The notes: generated from the sequence alone by a model not told the origin. A stretch of 64,000 nucleotides of DNA from Magallana gigas (GCF_963853765.1 NC_088857.1:29202001-29266000); one strand, 5' to 3'; numbered from the stretch's first letter, positions 1 through 13,241 are shown. Translations and numbers: made by a program.

Positions 1-379
1 CATTAAAAGAATTTATTCAATTTTGAAATCCTATTTTAACTTTCTGTATACTAAATGTACATTTCAGCCAATTGCTTTATATACATATAATTACACATTT
101 AACACTTAGTACTTTTACGGCTACTTCTGTTGAAATAGCCCTTCAATACGAAAAGAAAATTACGTACTCGTCCCAAGATTCGCGTAGACAGGGATTTTGA
201 AATATGGAACTATAATATGTAATGTGAGCGAGTGCTATTTGTTTATTTAAAAAAGTATTCTTTATACACACACACAAACAAAATACGAAGGAGATGTCTT
301 ATTGACATTTATGCCTTTGTTGAAATTCAAAGGAATCAATATGATTTTGAATTACTGCTTTAAAAAAAATCGCGTCTAT

Positions 380-1790
380 AGTTAAATACTTAGCCATGAG
401 TCACATTACATGTATTTTCACAGTAAGTAAATGGTACATAGTCATTCCTTGAAACAGAACGTATTAACTCGTAAATGTAAAAAAAATTAAATCTCGTCAG
501 TTCTTTCGATAATTTGATATAATTTGATATTAAAATGTAATCCAATTAATGTAATAGTTAGGCGAGACAATTAATTATATTATTTTTTTTATTAACTTGA
601 CCGTTTTAATGGGAATTAATTTTACTACCAATTTAACTGAAAGTTCAAGAAATCAACAATTGTTTTTTTCAAAGTGCGTAAATATAATCAATAATTTCGC
701 ACTTTGAAAAAAAAAATTAAAGTGCATTAAAATGGTCCCAAATCAAACGCACTTAAAAAATTTTCAAAGTGCGTTGTAAAAAAGCGTCCACTGTTGACCG
801 TTCGCTCCTGCCGTGCGTTTATTGTCACAACTGGGCATGTTATGATCGAGGTTAATGTCAAAATAGGAAAAAAAAACCGAAATACTAATGATTTGGTTTG
901 ATTGGGATAGTCAAGTACAAACAATGAGCAAAGACTGGCCTCCATTACATTCGATATGGGATCAGTTACCTATGAAGAGTAAGCATTTCCTGCCGACCGG
1001 TCGCACCCGCCGTGTGGTCATTGTTAAGATCATGAAAACCCGTAGTCAGTCCGGTGTATTATTAATGGTCTAACTAGTATGAAAAACGTCATGATCAGTC
1101 AGCGTAAGTCTCAATGAAACATAATACTTTCCGACAAGGTCATTGTATTGACCATAGAACTTGCGTAAAGATGTTTTTCCCCAATTACTTATCTTTAACT
1201 TCGAATAAACAAATCATTAGAAAACTTCTCGTCAATTTACAAGTTTCGTTTTTACAAAGTACTATTGAAAAAAACTTCTTTTTAACCAAATTGCTCTTTT
1301 GACCTTTACACATGTATTTCACAGTTGGGCGATATAAGAAATCCTCAAACTTGTGTGCATCTATCTGTAAAATTTAATATGACAGAAATTTATTCGCTGT
1401 AATGAAATTGCCAAGAAACGTTCTCATCCAAGATAGCAAAATCTCTTTGACAATTTTTTCTTTTGCATGAAAGTTTTTTTTAAAATTTACAGCTCTTTTT
1501 TTCTTTCATTCATTCTTTCACTCTCTTTCTCTCTCTCTCATAAGATTTTTTAAAAATAAGTTCATGTTGTGATAGATTTGTTTAGCATCTATACTATGTT
1601 TCTAATAATTCCAACAGGTTTGCGAATCTCTTCCTGGAAACATATTCCTAATTGCCAAAAAAATAAAATTTTCAAAACCTGGAAGAGTGAACATATCCTT
1701 GGATTTACTTTAACATGTTATGTTTTGTATCATATACTTAATGATATTTTACTTGTGAATTTCCGTGGACTGTTATTCGTATCGAAAATT
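380..1790 (+). repeat. Copy 1 of a >=1.3-kb non-coding segment duplicated at 62690-64000
   Basis: Colinear matches, e.g. CATTCCTTGAAACAGAACGTATTAACTCGTAAAT, GGTCGCACCCGCCGTGTG and GAAACGTTCTCATCCAAGATAGCAAAATCTCTTT, occur in both copies in the same orientation with an offset of about 62.3 kb. Confidence 0.9.
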
Positions 1791-3572
1791 ACAAATATAT
1801 AATTCACACGAAACCTACGTCCTATATGCTCACACGCACAGATCTATGGTTTAAGCATTATATACAGATTTGAATAATAGGGCTATCAAGAAGCCAGTCA
1901 CAGGAGTATATAACAAATAAAGAGCCAGGTTCAATACCAGGAAGAATGTTTGACAATTATCAAGTACGCGGGAAAAAAAAATAATGAATTGGTTAAATTT
2001 GGGTTATTTTAGATACATTCCTCTTAAACACTTATTATCTTTTTTAATTAATACTTTTATTCATCATGATCATAGATAACTATTGTGTATTTATGGCCTT
2101 TTAAAATTTAAATAGGCAAATAAAATCTAATCTGAATTAAAATATATGGTCCGACATATTTTAAATGAGATTTACAGCCTCTCAGAGAGACCATTTTCTA
2201 TATGGAAATTACTAATTAGGAAGTGAAACACGATTCGTGAATCGTGATAAAAATGCAACTCGCAATTCGTATGTACATGTAGAAAAATAACGTTCAACAA
2301 GTACACACACATTTCATAAACATTTAAACAGCTTTCAGTGAACAACTAAAATAGCAGAACCGCGAGCTATTTGATTATCAAATGCTGTTTGTTGTACGTT
2401 AACTTTGATTTGTAGTATCTGACAATCATTATAAAGCAGAGTAGATATGCAAATTTATCGGTTTTGAAACCTTAGTTTCAATCAAAATAGCATACAATTT
2501 GAAAACAAAGTATTAAAATTTTGCCTTATTTTTATTTATTGGTATTTGTTTAAATTTGATAACTCTAAGGACTGGGGATTCGCGCTTCTCTTATATAAAA
2601 GTAGTTTACTACCTCATTTATGGTAATTTTGACAGGACCATTTGCATTTGTTTTTAGGTATTTATTTTTCTTAACGTTCGTAATAATCGAGTCTTTTTGT
2701 TATCTCTGGTATTTTTAAAAGTCACACACATAGATGTAGAGAACCTGAAGAGAGTTTTACATGAGAAAAAAACTAACTCCGATACGTAATTGATTTAAGT
2801 ATCATGCATTTGATCTGTACCAAAGTATTTATTAAGCTTCAGACAGTCTCAACAACCTAATTTTTATCGTATGAAGACTTAAGAAATCGTGATGGCCCCC
2901 GTCTAAGAATACAAAGTCGTACTTGGTAACATCATATTTTTATTTAACGCAATTGTCTAAGGTTGCAGTTTGGATGTTGACCATTTCTGAAATTGACAGA
3001 AGAAATCTTTAGAAGTTTATTTTCTCGCAAATATCGATGTACTTAGGTGAAGTCATCCTTAATGAATATTTAAAAAATAATGTGTTTTCTATATAAAATA
3101 TATATTTAGCATACCTTTTAATACTACAGCAAACATATATACGGATGCAATGTCTTGGATCCGTTCGATTCCGAGTGCTGAATCCATGGAATGTATCGGC
3201 AATTCTTGTTTTGTGATATAGTTTGGTTGTTTTGTGTTGTAAATAGGCTTGATATGTCCATATCTTAACTGTTACTGTTGCTATTTTTTACTCTTTAAGT
3301 TTAACGACTGTTCTAGCTTTTATAATACACATATCACCATGGTTGACATTTAAGACAGTTTAAAAACGTGTTTTGTAACCTTGGCAATCGTGTATTTGTG
3401 TCAAAAGCACTGTCATTTGTCGGGGTGATTTTAACGTATTTCGAATTTTTTTTGCTTCTGATGTTTTTGGTTTCTTTTTTTTTTGTCAATTATGACTACT
3501 GATTGTGTTATGTATTATTTATATGTTCTTGTTATTGAAAAAAAAATATTCACCTGTTTGCAAGAAGCGATC

Positions 3573-3746
3573 AAACACCAAGAGTATTTTAAAAGAGACT
3601 GAATATACTTTCTATAAAAAATTAGCTTACGTTTTAATTGTTAGTGACAACAAACAAACAAACACCAAGAGTATTTTAAAAGAGACTGAATATACTTTCT
3701 ATAAAAAATTAGCTTACGTTTTAATTGTTAGTGACAACAAACAAAC
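3573..3746. repeat. 87-bp perfect tandem duplication (2 copies)
   Basis: AAACACCAAGAGTATTTT...GACAACAAACAAACA starts at 3573 and 3660. It explains the repeated ORF 3505-3762. Confidence 0.95.
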
Positions 3747-3758
3747 ATATACATGTAC

Positions 3759-3965
3759 CTAAAGAGGCTGATGTGATATCTTTTAACCTTGTTTCCATCG
3801 TCATTGCAAATGCTGAATACGTGGAATGTGTTGCTTGTTCCTGTGTTGTTAAGTATTCAATTTGTTTCTTTTGGGCTGTAATTTGCACCGGTAGGCTCGA
3901 TTTGGATGTCGAAATATTATTTGTAGCTGCTGTTGTTATTCTCCTTCTAATACTAGACCGCCTTT
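3759..3965 (-). CDS. Gene D stalk exon d (Thr/Ser-rich)
   Basis: ttttcttgtattgaaattag|AA AGG...TCT TTA G|gtacat; 207 nt, phase 1-1; encodes RRSSIRRRITTAATNNISTSK...DITSASL. An alternative in-frame acceptor exists at 3992. Confidence 0.6.
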
Positions 3966-4303
3966 CTAATTTCAATACAAGAAAAGTTATAACTAGATTT
4001 ATTATGAAGCATTGTTTAAGCAGATTCTGGAAATTAAAATATATGTAATTCTTCGCACTAAAACAATATCACTGTTTAGTAAATTGTAAAAATGTGCTTT
4101 AATAAATAACAATACAATCACATGCCATTGTATAAATTTACACATATGTTTGTCAAGTTTTAATTCAACCACGTGCCAATATATATCTGTTACTGTAAAG
4201 TTTAATATATGGTTTTAATATATCTTTTTTTAATATTCATATACGTGTTACGCTACATTTGATCGTAATATAGATTATAAAGTAAAATAAATGACACATA
4301 TAC

Positions 4304-4375
4304 TACATGCTGTAGAAGTTAATATTGCTGGAAAAGGTGTTCTCGTTGTCGATGTTGTTATTCGTTCATTAAGCA
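4304..4375 (-). CDS. Gene D stalk exon c
   Basis: ttttttaacaag|TG CTT AAT GAA CGA ATA ACA ACA TCG ACA ACG; 72 nt (or 69 nt), phase 1-1. Its start resembles the gene C exon at 28307. Confidence 0.55.
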
Positions 4376-5300
4376 CTTGTTAAAAAATAAGAGTTAAATG
4401 TTTTAAAGCTAGGATTTTTCTTTTCAAAAGACTATTTCAAAGCGTCTCTTCTCTCTTCTCATAATGTTTTTTGATTCTGAATTCACTTCTTTAAATATGT
4501 TCTCTTTTTACATATTTTCTTTTGATTCTTCGCATGTTTTCATAGAATAATTGGTCATAACAAGACAAAAATTAAAATTGAACATCTGTGAAGTGAATTT
4601 CTGAAGCTTTTCTTCTATAAAGAAATAGATTTTTAAACTTTTGAAAATGTTTTCCTTTTTTATCATTTAAAGAAATTTACAAAAATATTAGGTTTTTTTT
4701 GTAAAGAGAAAATATACACTGCAAACTAGTACAGGCGCTTTACCAAGAGGATTAACGTTTTAGTTATCTGTTTAGTGATAACAATTCAAAATAACACACA
4801 AATTTATTTAATGAAATGTTAAAGTATCATAATATGATTTCTGAAACATAAATTCGCCATTCAAAGTTCTTTACGGGAGATTGGAAAACCTGTTTTGGTT
4901 GCAAGTAAGACACTTAAGTAATCTAGAGCTTATTTTTTTCTGAATAATTAATACAAAACATTAATATCTAATAAATTATGTTCAGTGATGTAAATAAGAC
5001 GTTAAATATTAGTTATAAATCTATGAAAAATAAAAACAACTTTGGTTCTTTTTTTTAAAATCTCTTGATAAATTCTTCAAAAAATGATGTCTTCAGTTAT
5101 AGTATAGAGATGAAATGCTAGACAATCAAAACTTTTGGTATAGCATTCCATTTTAACATCAAATCAATACTATTTTAAACAAATCAGAAGCTCTCTAAAA
5201 TTAATACATATTTTAAACGAATCAGAAGATCAGAAAGATTTAAAATGATAGTCTATTTTAGCACTGTTCGGGGGCAAAATGCTCGTGAAATGGTACGTAC

Positions 5301-5414
5301 TATTTCTATATGGTGTTTTCACTGTTGATGCAGTTGGAGTTGACTTTGTTGGTATTGCTGTCGTCGATTGTGTTGAGATAGTTCTTGATGTAATTGTTGT
5401 ACCCGACTTCAAAA
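5301..5414 (-). CDS. Gene D stalk exon b (mucin-like; paralog of exon 13977-14081)
   Basis: atttcttag|TT TTG AAG TCG...AGA AAT A|gtacgt; 114 nt, phase 1-1; LKSGTTITSRTISTQSTTAIPTKSTPTASTVKTPYRN. Confidence 0.7.
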
Positions 5415-5565
5415 CTAAGAAATATTAGCTGTATGTTAAACTCTGCAATATACCATTCACTGGGCGAGTCGTCCTTAAGGCTGATTGATACAAATTCAAA
5501 GAATATTTACTTTTGTTGTGTTTTAACGTTCTCACGCATTTGTGACAACTAACTGTTTAGGTTGT

Positions 5566-6438
5566 AACAAGAGGTCAACATGCCTTGGCGCTCACCTGTA
5601 GATTACATCTTAGGAAATCTCATGTTAGCATTGTAAGCTTCATTTTGGAGTATAAACTCTAATCAAAGACTCTTGTTACTGTTACCACTGCCGGTAGTTG
5701 TTGGTGTTTGAAGACATTAATTTATAATAAGGGGATGGGCAAGAGACTGAGGAATCACGGATTATCTATTTCCTACCTCCAGAGGCCAAAATTGTAAACT
5801 TTTGGTAAAATGAGACCTGCAGGCCTTGGATGTTAAATCTTTAAAAATATTGTTTCATTTATAATGCTCATATTATGCATACAGTATAATGCTACACGCA
5901 TGTCATGCACAGGAAATTAAATGAGTTTCCTAAAATAGAACACATTTTTAGTTTAATATGGAAAAGTGACAGTTTACCTTGTATTTTTCAAAATGAAAAT
6001 GTAGAATTGTTAACAACCGACGCTAGAACAACGAAATACGTTATTCGAATCCCTTAAGTGCCCATGTTGGTCCTACTCAATCAAATAAAATTCACAATTT
6101 AAAAAAAAAGGGCTCAATGGGCATTATAAACAACTTTTAAGTTTATCTCCTTCTATTGTGGATGCAGAGAAGATTTTTAAGAGTTCATACATACAGTTCA
6201 TACACGATATTGGCCCTGTCCTCGGGCCTGAACCCCAGGGACCCGGGGGTGATTTGGTCATAAATGCTACAATCTAAGATTCCTCTTATCCTAGAAATCT
6301 CTTAAATTAAACATAGTAACAAATGACATTGTAGTTTTCAAAGTAAAACAACGTTGAAAAAAAGAAACGCACAGACACACATCAACGGACGAAGACTTAT
6401 AACGACAGGTTACCTGAACAACTCAGTTGACCTAATAA
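5566..6438 (+). mobile_element. Degenerate Helentron-associated (HINE / pearl-CvA-like) non-autonomous element
   Basis: Starts AACAAGAGG...CGCTCACCTG and ends CGGACG...CAGGTTACCTGAACAACTCAGTTGACCTAATAAAA, resembling bivalve HINE termini (recognised from memory). Boundaries are approximate. Confidence 0.5.
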
Positions 6439-7331
6439 AAATATACACCAAACTTGATATTCATAATGAATAACAATTGAAATGTGTACATATTCCTAAT
6501 ACTTGTAATCTTTAGGCAAATTAACTCTAGCCGTTGCAATTCTATACACTAGAATTTTTCTTGATGCGGTGGAATCCTAAAGAAGGTTTTATTTCCTGGT
6601 GGGATGTATAAACTTTTTTTCTTCTCTTTTCCGCACATACAACATTATTTAGGAATAAAATACTCCTTTTTTTAACCTTTCATACATGTATTGTAAAATC
6701 AACCTTTGATATTTTGTGCAACAAAAACTATTTTAATGTGTTAGCTTTCAATATTAATACATTTGAAAATTATACTTATTTTTGGTAGTAACTGTTAATC
6801 ATTTATTAAAGACATTCTAATATACTCTAAGGGCAAATACAAAAATGGAACAACCAGCTACATATATATTATTGTTATTTTTACTGTGTTACGAAGTTTA
6901 AAAACATCATTTATGACCATCAATGTTGCATCATTTGAATTTTTTCACGAACAAAATGTAATTTCTTATAATAGTAATGTAATAGTAAAAGTAATAATTT
7001 TTCTATTTATTTAAAAAATGACATGCATTTCATAACGCGAAATCTCGTATGATACGAGACTCTAATCTGTCCAAAGTCAATGGGTCCATCCTTCTTTGCT
7101 TCCAGCAAACTACAGAATACTGGTATAGTTTTCAATAGCTTGTTGGATTGCTCAGTAGGGTATTGAATTTGCGCAGCAAAGTATCACATAAGATTTAAAT
7201 CTAGGTCCTTTGGTTTCATAAGTGTAGAATGTTGTTGTTGTTTTTTTTTTTTACATTTAACCAATTCATATTGCACAAAGAAAGCCTCTTGAACACTATC
7301 TCCTGTTGTTATTTATTCTATTCATAGACTT

Positions 7332-7850
7332 TTAAAGGGGCATTGGCACGATTTTTGTAAAAAAAATTCCAATTTAAATGTTTACAATGCTTTGATAAGG
7401 CATTTTTAATACAGGTAGGCAACCTAAATTTAAGTGTCATTTGTTGAGTTACACGCGAGCTACATGTACAGAGCTTAATATTTTTGCTTTGTAAACAAAC
7501 CTTATGTTCACAATTTTAATGTTGAAGTGACAAGTCCAGTTTTAGATTTAAAATTAATGTGTTAAATGTTAAGAACGGTTTATTTATGCTTAAAGTGAAA
7601 AGAAGATAGACAAGTCAGCTTGAAAGAAATGGTATATTGAACATGTGTAAACAAAAACAGGGCATAGGATTTGTTTACATGACAAATAATTGTTATCCCT
7701 GTATCTAGTTTATAACTCTATGACTTACTCTCAAATTTTTCACCGGGACAGCACTGGATTTTAGAGCATCAATTCTATTTGAACCTTGAAATTCAAACAT
7801 CTTACTCAAATGACATTTCTGAAAAAAAACTTAACTATAGTTTAAAAAGA
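7332..7850 (+). mobile_element. TTAA-type MITE (family also at 43124-43460)
   Basis: The 5' end TTAAAGGGGCATTGGCACGATTTT matches TTAAGGGACATGGTCACGATT at about 43124, with shared internal motifs. The right end is degenerate. Confidence 0.55.
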
Positions 7851-8841
7851 AGGTATTTTCCCTGCAAAAATCATCACTACTGAATTCAAAATCCACTGAT
7901 ATTCCCAAAAATTGACTGACATTGTCTGACATCCACTGTACATTGACTGTACCTCACTGTACATTTCACTGACTTCCACTGTACCCCTCTGTACCCCACT
8001 GTACATTTCTACTGAACAGCACTGTATCCCACTGTACACCACTGTACAGTCCTACTGACTTCCACTGTACCCCACTGTACGCCACTGTACAGGGCACTGA
8101 CCAGCACTGTACCCCACTGTCCGCCACTGTACCGGGCACTGACCAGCACTGTACCCCACTGTCCGCCACTGTACTATTAATTTGAGAAAAAATCGGATTT
8201 TTAAATCTTCAGGATATTTTTTTTTCTTCAATATTTATTTTTATTATGCTGTATATGGCATTCACATTATGCATAGATACAACCTGACAGAAGAATGCAA
8301 CATGTCGTTAAATTTATTTAGTATGTTTTATTTATTAACGTCTATTGTTAATGAATGTTACGATCACAAAATTATGATAATGTCCATAGCTATCAGGTGA
8401 AAGTTCTGAATTTTACATGTTGAATCTGATTATCAAAAAAGTGCATGTCAATATGTTTATTCTGCCAGTCATTGGAAAATACCCCCCCCCCCCCCCCCCC
8501 CAACCAGCAAGGTACATTAACATTCCTTATTGATGATATACGACAAGTCCTTGTTTAAATAATCGGGTTCTTAATTCTTTGTGTCTCATGAGTCGCTTTA
8601 ACCAAGTGAAAAACAGTCAATTAAACACTGAATCCACAAAATATATTCATGCTTGTTCGTGTACACATGTCCGTGTATCATGACTGCGCGCTTGACTACA
8701 CAGGTACATTTTGAAGAAAGCGTGCGAGTTTCTAGCTCATATGTTGATTTTTTTTATTAAAATTATATGTAAAAATTCATTGCAAATGTTGGGTTTTAAT
8801 TTTGCAAAATAACATATAATGCAGAATGCATTTTAAATTTT

Positions 8842-8845
<4 letters not shown>

Positions 8846-8898
<53 letters not shown>
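8846..8898. repeat. (GA)n microsatellite
   Basis: Direct reading. Confidence 0.98.
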
Positions 8899-8901
<3 letters not shown>

Positions 8902-8904
8902 AGA

Positions 8905-9543
8905 TTAATCAAAAATCGATTGGGGTAAGAAATTGATTGTCTATTAATCTGCTTCTTTTACATACCGATTATTTTTCTAAAGTCTCAAGTTTATCTCTGC
9001 CAACTAACTCCCGGGTTAAAAAAATCTGCAAACTTTAAGTCGAAAAATAAAATGTAGTACGGATAATACATCCCCCACCCTATTTTTCCTCATCCACTTG
9101 CAAATTGATACCCCTTGCATGTATATCACTTTCTGACTGTATTGTATTGGTATAATATGTAGTCGTAGAAAAGTTCATTATAAAATCTATGCTGGAACTG
9201 GTGGTTGTGATGCCATAGGGGAATTTTAACATGTTTATTCCTTTCTGACTCCTGGCCTCAATTTTTAGCACTTGTAAATTCATGAGAGAGAAAGAAAAAG
9301 AGAGAGAAAAAGAGAGAGAGAGATAAATCAAAAATCGATTGGGGTAAGAAATTGATTGTCTATTAATCTGCCTCTTTTACATACCGATTCTTTTGCTTAA
9401 GTCTCAAGTTTATCTCTGCCAACTAAGTCCCGGGTTAAAAAAAAAAATCTGCAAACTTTAAGTCGAAAAATAAAATGTAGTACGGATAATACACCCCCCC
9501 CCCTTTTTTTTCCTCATCCACTTGCAAATTGATACCCCTTGCA
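8905..9543. repeat. Two ~215-bp direct repeats (8905-9118, 9325-9543), each preceded by a GA-rich tract
   Basis: AATCAAAAATCGATTGGGGTAAG...GATACCCCTTGCA occurs twice with few differences. Confidence 0.92.
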
Positions 9544-10243
9544 GTACTGTGCTATGTCGAAACGATTCATGTTAAGCATGAATATTATGTTAATAAAATT
9601 AATGCATTTTTGTTTATTTTTGACCTCGGTGTGGAATAACTATTAAATAGATATAATTAATCCCACTTTTGTAAGCATTACATGCAAGTAGACCTAGTTG
9701 TAAGTAAATAAAAAAAATCTTTTAAGACAAATTCTAAATGATTATGATCCTAAGGCACACGGCAACCGTAATGGGTTTTTTAATCAAAAGTGAAAATTCA
9801 GATTTTTGTTTCAACAGTGTATTTCCCTGTTGTTTACATCTATTTATACCTAGGCTACAACATATATACACAGATGGTCAGTTTTCACACCTCGACGCAG
9901 TCAGCCGGTCGTGTGTATAGTCTGCGCCTTTTTCTGTTTGTTCCGAGTTTTTCATTGTTCCAAGACAGACAAAAGATTTTTATCTGTAGACATACACAAA
10001 GAAAGAGACAATACATCGTCGATATTAAAAATTACTTTTAAGCGTTTACTTTCATTCATTAAGAATTTAAATGACAATCATTCAATATCGAACTTCAATT
10101 CAAATCATTTGAATCCATGGACATTATCCCGTAACTAGAAATAATTTTTTTTTTATGCCAACATTTACATATAGCCGCTGTCAACATTACTATACATGTT
10201 ACCGGTGGTACTTTATTCAAATACTAAAATATTTGTACGTTAG

Positions 10244-10247
<4 letters not shown>

Positions 10248-10315
<68 letters not shown>
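10248..10315. repeat. (GA)n microsatellite
   Basis: Direct reading. Confidence 0.98.
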
Positions 10316-10320
<5 letters not shown>

Positions 10321-11209
10321 TTGTTTGCCATGATACAATATACCAATATACTGGTTTCAGTAAATAAAGGAAAAAAACGAAAAATGAATTTAAAGGCCGA
10401 ACATTTTTACCGGGTGGTAAATCTCAGGTGAGGAGGGGGGGGGGGCTTAATTTCTAGAAGTGTGAAAGCCTCCGGGGCTGGAAAGTCTACCCGCATGCGG
10501 TCGTGAACGCAAATATTACACAAGATATAAATGATTAGTCAGAATTGGTCTTTGTTTGAATATCTTATTGGTCTAACGATTACGTGTCGTCCGGATTTTC
10601 TCAAAGTGTGTAAAGCAAAAGTTGGTAAACTACATGTAATTCTGCCCCCCCCCCCCCCAAATTTTAACTCGGTACATTGTGTTTAGCACTCGACATTGTT
10701 TAAGACGTTAATTTTAACAAATATAATTATTGTGTAAAAAAATCATACGATCAGTTAAAATGTTGAATGTAAAGGCAGCCATTATACGATGACAACTAAT
10801 GGAGTTCGTTCTCAATGGAGTGACGTTTTCGTGCAACAAGTTCCAATTGTCTGTATAACCAGTAAATACAGTTTTTATAGCTCATAAGTTTGTTTTAAAA
10901 AGAAAATTTTATACGCATGATTTGGGTTGCATGCTCATTCATCTTCGTGGAATTTATTAGGTCACAAAGATTCAACATGATTCAAATATAAATTGCGTAT
11001 TTTCAATTACTGAATAATTAATAGAAATATTTTTCTCATTTATCCGACCTGTACACAATTTACCTATTACGGAAAGAGAAAATAAATATGTTTGCCTATT
11101 AATTGAAATGTCGCTTATAATTGAAGAGATGCTAAAATTAAACTGTGATCCAGGGGGTGTTTATGCCTTCCTGACTTGTTCCATAAACATTTGGGAAGAT
11201 AGTTACAAC

Positions 11210-11212
<3 letters not shown>

Positions 11213-11270
<58 letters not shown>
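11213..11270. repeat. (GA)n microsatellite
   Basis: Direct reading. Confidence 0.98.
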
Positions 11271-11272
<2 letters not shown>

Positions 11273-11359
11273 GATATATTTTTTTCTTATTAAAACTATG
11301 TAACTATATCATGACAATATTCTAAGCCGTGCAAGAGAAGGTACATGTAGATGTATGAC

Positions 11360-11458
11360 ATGTGGTGATAACGAACAGTGTTAAAATTCAAAAGTATATA
11401 ATTTAAAGTACCGTAACAGAGTGAAATATTATTTGAACAGTGTTCGTTATCACCACAT
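11360..11458. repeat. 99-bp miniature inverted repeat (23-bp arms)
   Basis: ATGTGGTGATAACGAACAGTGTT ... AACAGTGTTCGTTATCACCACAT, one mismatch. Confidence 0.8.
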
Positions 11459-13123
11459 TCCATTTTTAATTTAATTTAACACTATACAATGTACTTATTT
11501 TTACCCAGCGACTGCTGGGGGAGGGGGGAGGATTGATAAATATTTAACATGTATAATATCCGACTTGATTTAAATGATAAAAAACGCGTTTAAAATTATG
11601 AATATAAAGATAATTTTGTTTATTCATTAATGTTATATTTTTAAAAATATATATTTCAACTGGATTTAAAACTCTCAAGACCACATATACCCCTATAAGG
11701 GAATTGCATAATATCTTGAACAAGGTGTCAGACTGACAATTTACAAAGTTGAATATTGGGACACTCACACCTTTTGATCTACTGAAAGTATGTATACTAT
11801 ACACAGACACTGACTCACTGATCTTCCTGTGAAGTAAAACTTCAAAGACATTTTAAAGTCCAGACCAGTTGGTTATCTTCTCTCTTTTGAAAAAAATTCA
11901 GTATGCTGAGCAATATAGTGGATTTTTTTTATATCTATAAATTGTAATACATTGTTTTAAATTCCCCGAATTTTAAAACTTTAATGTAACATGGTAACTA
12001 ATATTTATTAGATAATATTGATAAAATTAAATTCATTGTAAAAAAAAACCTAATTAAATATCTAGTTACTAAAACATTGATATTGAAATATATATAAATA
12101 ATTCCCCCTTATAATTGGATGAGTTGCTATATTTCGTATGATAATTGGATTCTGAGTTTTTAATACATGCATGGATCGGAGGATCGGGGGGGGTGTCAGA
12201 AGATAATTCAATTTTTTAAAACTTACATTGTACAACTATCCTAAATATGTCTAAGCTCCCCGAGAAATCGATGATATCCCTGCCTTTTCCCTGACCGCGC
12301 ATGTAATTATATATGAACTTAAAAGAACTAGAAGCCCATTTTCTCTCTTGTAAGCAATAGGAAAGAATCAAAACAAATCCAGATTTTGGTCTTAAATAAA
12401 GTAAATACTCAATTCATTGTTCAAACATATTAATAACTTATAAAAACATAGGTACAGTGGGTTACAGTGGTGTACAGTGTTTGTCAGTACCCTGTACAGT
12501 GGTGTACAGTGGGGTACAGTGCTGGTCAGTGCCCCGTACAGTGGTGTACAGTGAGGTACAGTGCTGGTCAGTGGGTAGGTACTGTGCTGTCCAGTGGAGT
12601 ACAGTGGCTCTGTACAGTGGGGTACAGTGGAATACAGTGTGGTACAGTAACTCTGTACAGTGGGTGTACAGTGGATATACAGTAGGGTACAGTGAATATA
12701 CAGTGGATGTCAGACAATGTCAGTCAATTTTTGGGAATATCAGTGGATTTTGAATTCAGTAGTGCATGAATGACATATTGGTTTCTCGATTCCTGGTGCA
12801 ACATACGGCACCTTTAGAAATTTTGGACTGTGGCTACTTCAATAATTAAAACTTTAACAGCAATAACGTATGATAACAGAGGAAATATTCCTAACAAACA
12901 AAGCTCAAAATGTGCAAGTGTTTACTAGATATCACTCTATTTCTTGCTGTCATACCTGAGTAATCAAATGACCTTGATTTAAACCTAAAGTGATACAGTA
13001 ACCACCAAATTCAATACCTTATTGAGCAATCTATTGAAACTCTACTGGTTTTCTGTAATTCGCTGTAATGCAAGCATTATTTATTACAAAATATATTTGT
13101 TTCCAATCTACATTCATATACTA

Positions 13124-13241
13124 CAGTGGAACCCCCCCCCCCCAATAATTCTTACGATATTTTTTTCAAAAGGAGAGGAATCCCATTAATATGTCAAAAA
13201 CCTTAGTGGAAAATTACTTGTCGGAAATGGGGGTACCACTG
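13124..13241. mobile_element. Small MITE with CAGTGG termini (Tc1/mariner-like)
   Basis: TA|CAGTGGAACCCCC ... GGGGGTACCACTG, 12/13 inverted match. The right TSD reads CA rather than TA. Confidence 0.5.

Larger units (their letters stand above)
7875..12764. mobile_element. Non-autonomous CACTA (EnSpm/CMC) DNA transposon, 4890 bp
   Basis: 66-bp perfect TIRs beginning CACTACTG (7875-7940 and 12699-12764), 3-bp TSD CAT (7872-7874 and 12765-12767), and inverted subterminal arrays of GTACAGTG-type 10-11-mers (7941-8174, 12451-12698). No transposase ORF seen. Confidence 0.9.

Noticed and set aside
2600-3500. Possible further stalk, TM and tail exons of gene D
   Set aside because: Every frame tried has stops or phase mismatches; resemblance to the gene C tail is only patchy.
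5440-5545. Possible degenerate CUB exon 2 remnant
   Set aside because: The similarity is a few residues (FEFVS), and the implied intron would be only about 35 nt.
7842-8169. ORFs with YSGVQ/VQW repeats (also 12457-12753)
   Set aside because: They are translations of the CACTA subterminal GTACAGTG arrays, not genes.
10155-11293. ORFs containing poly-ER
   Set aside because: They are (GA)n microsatellite read-through.
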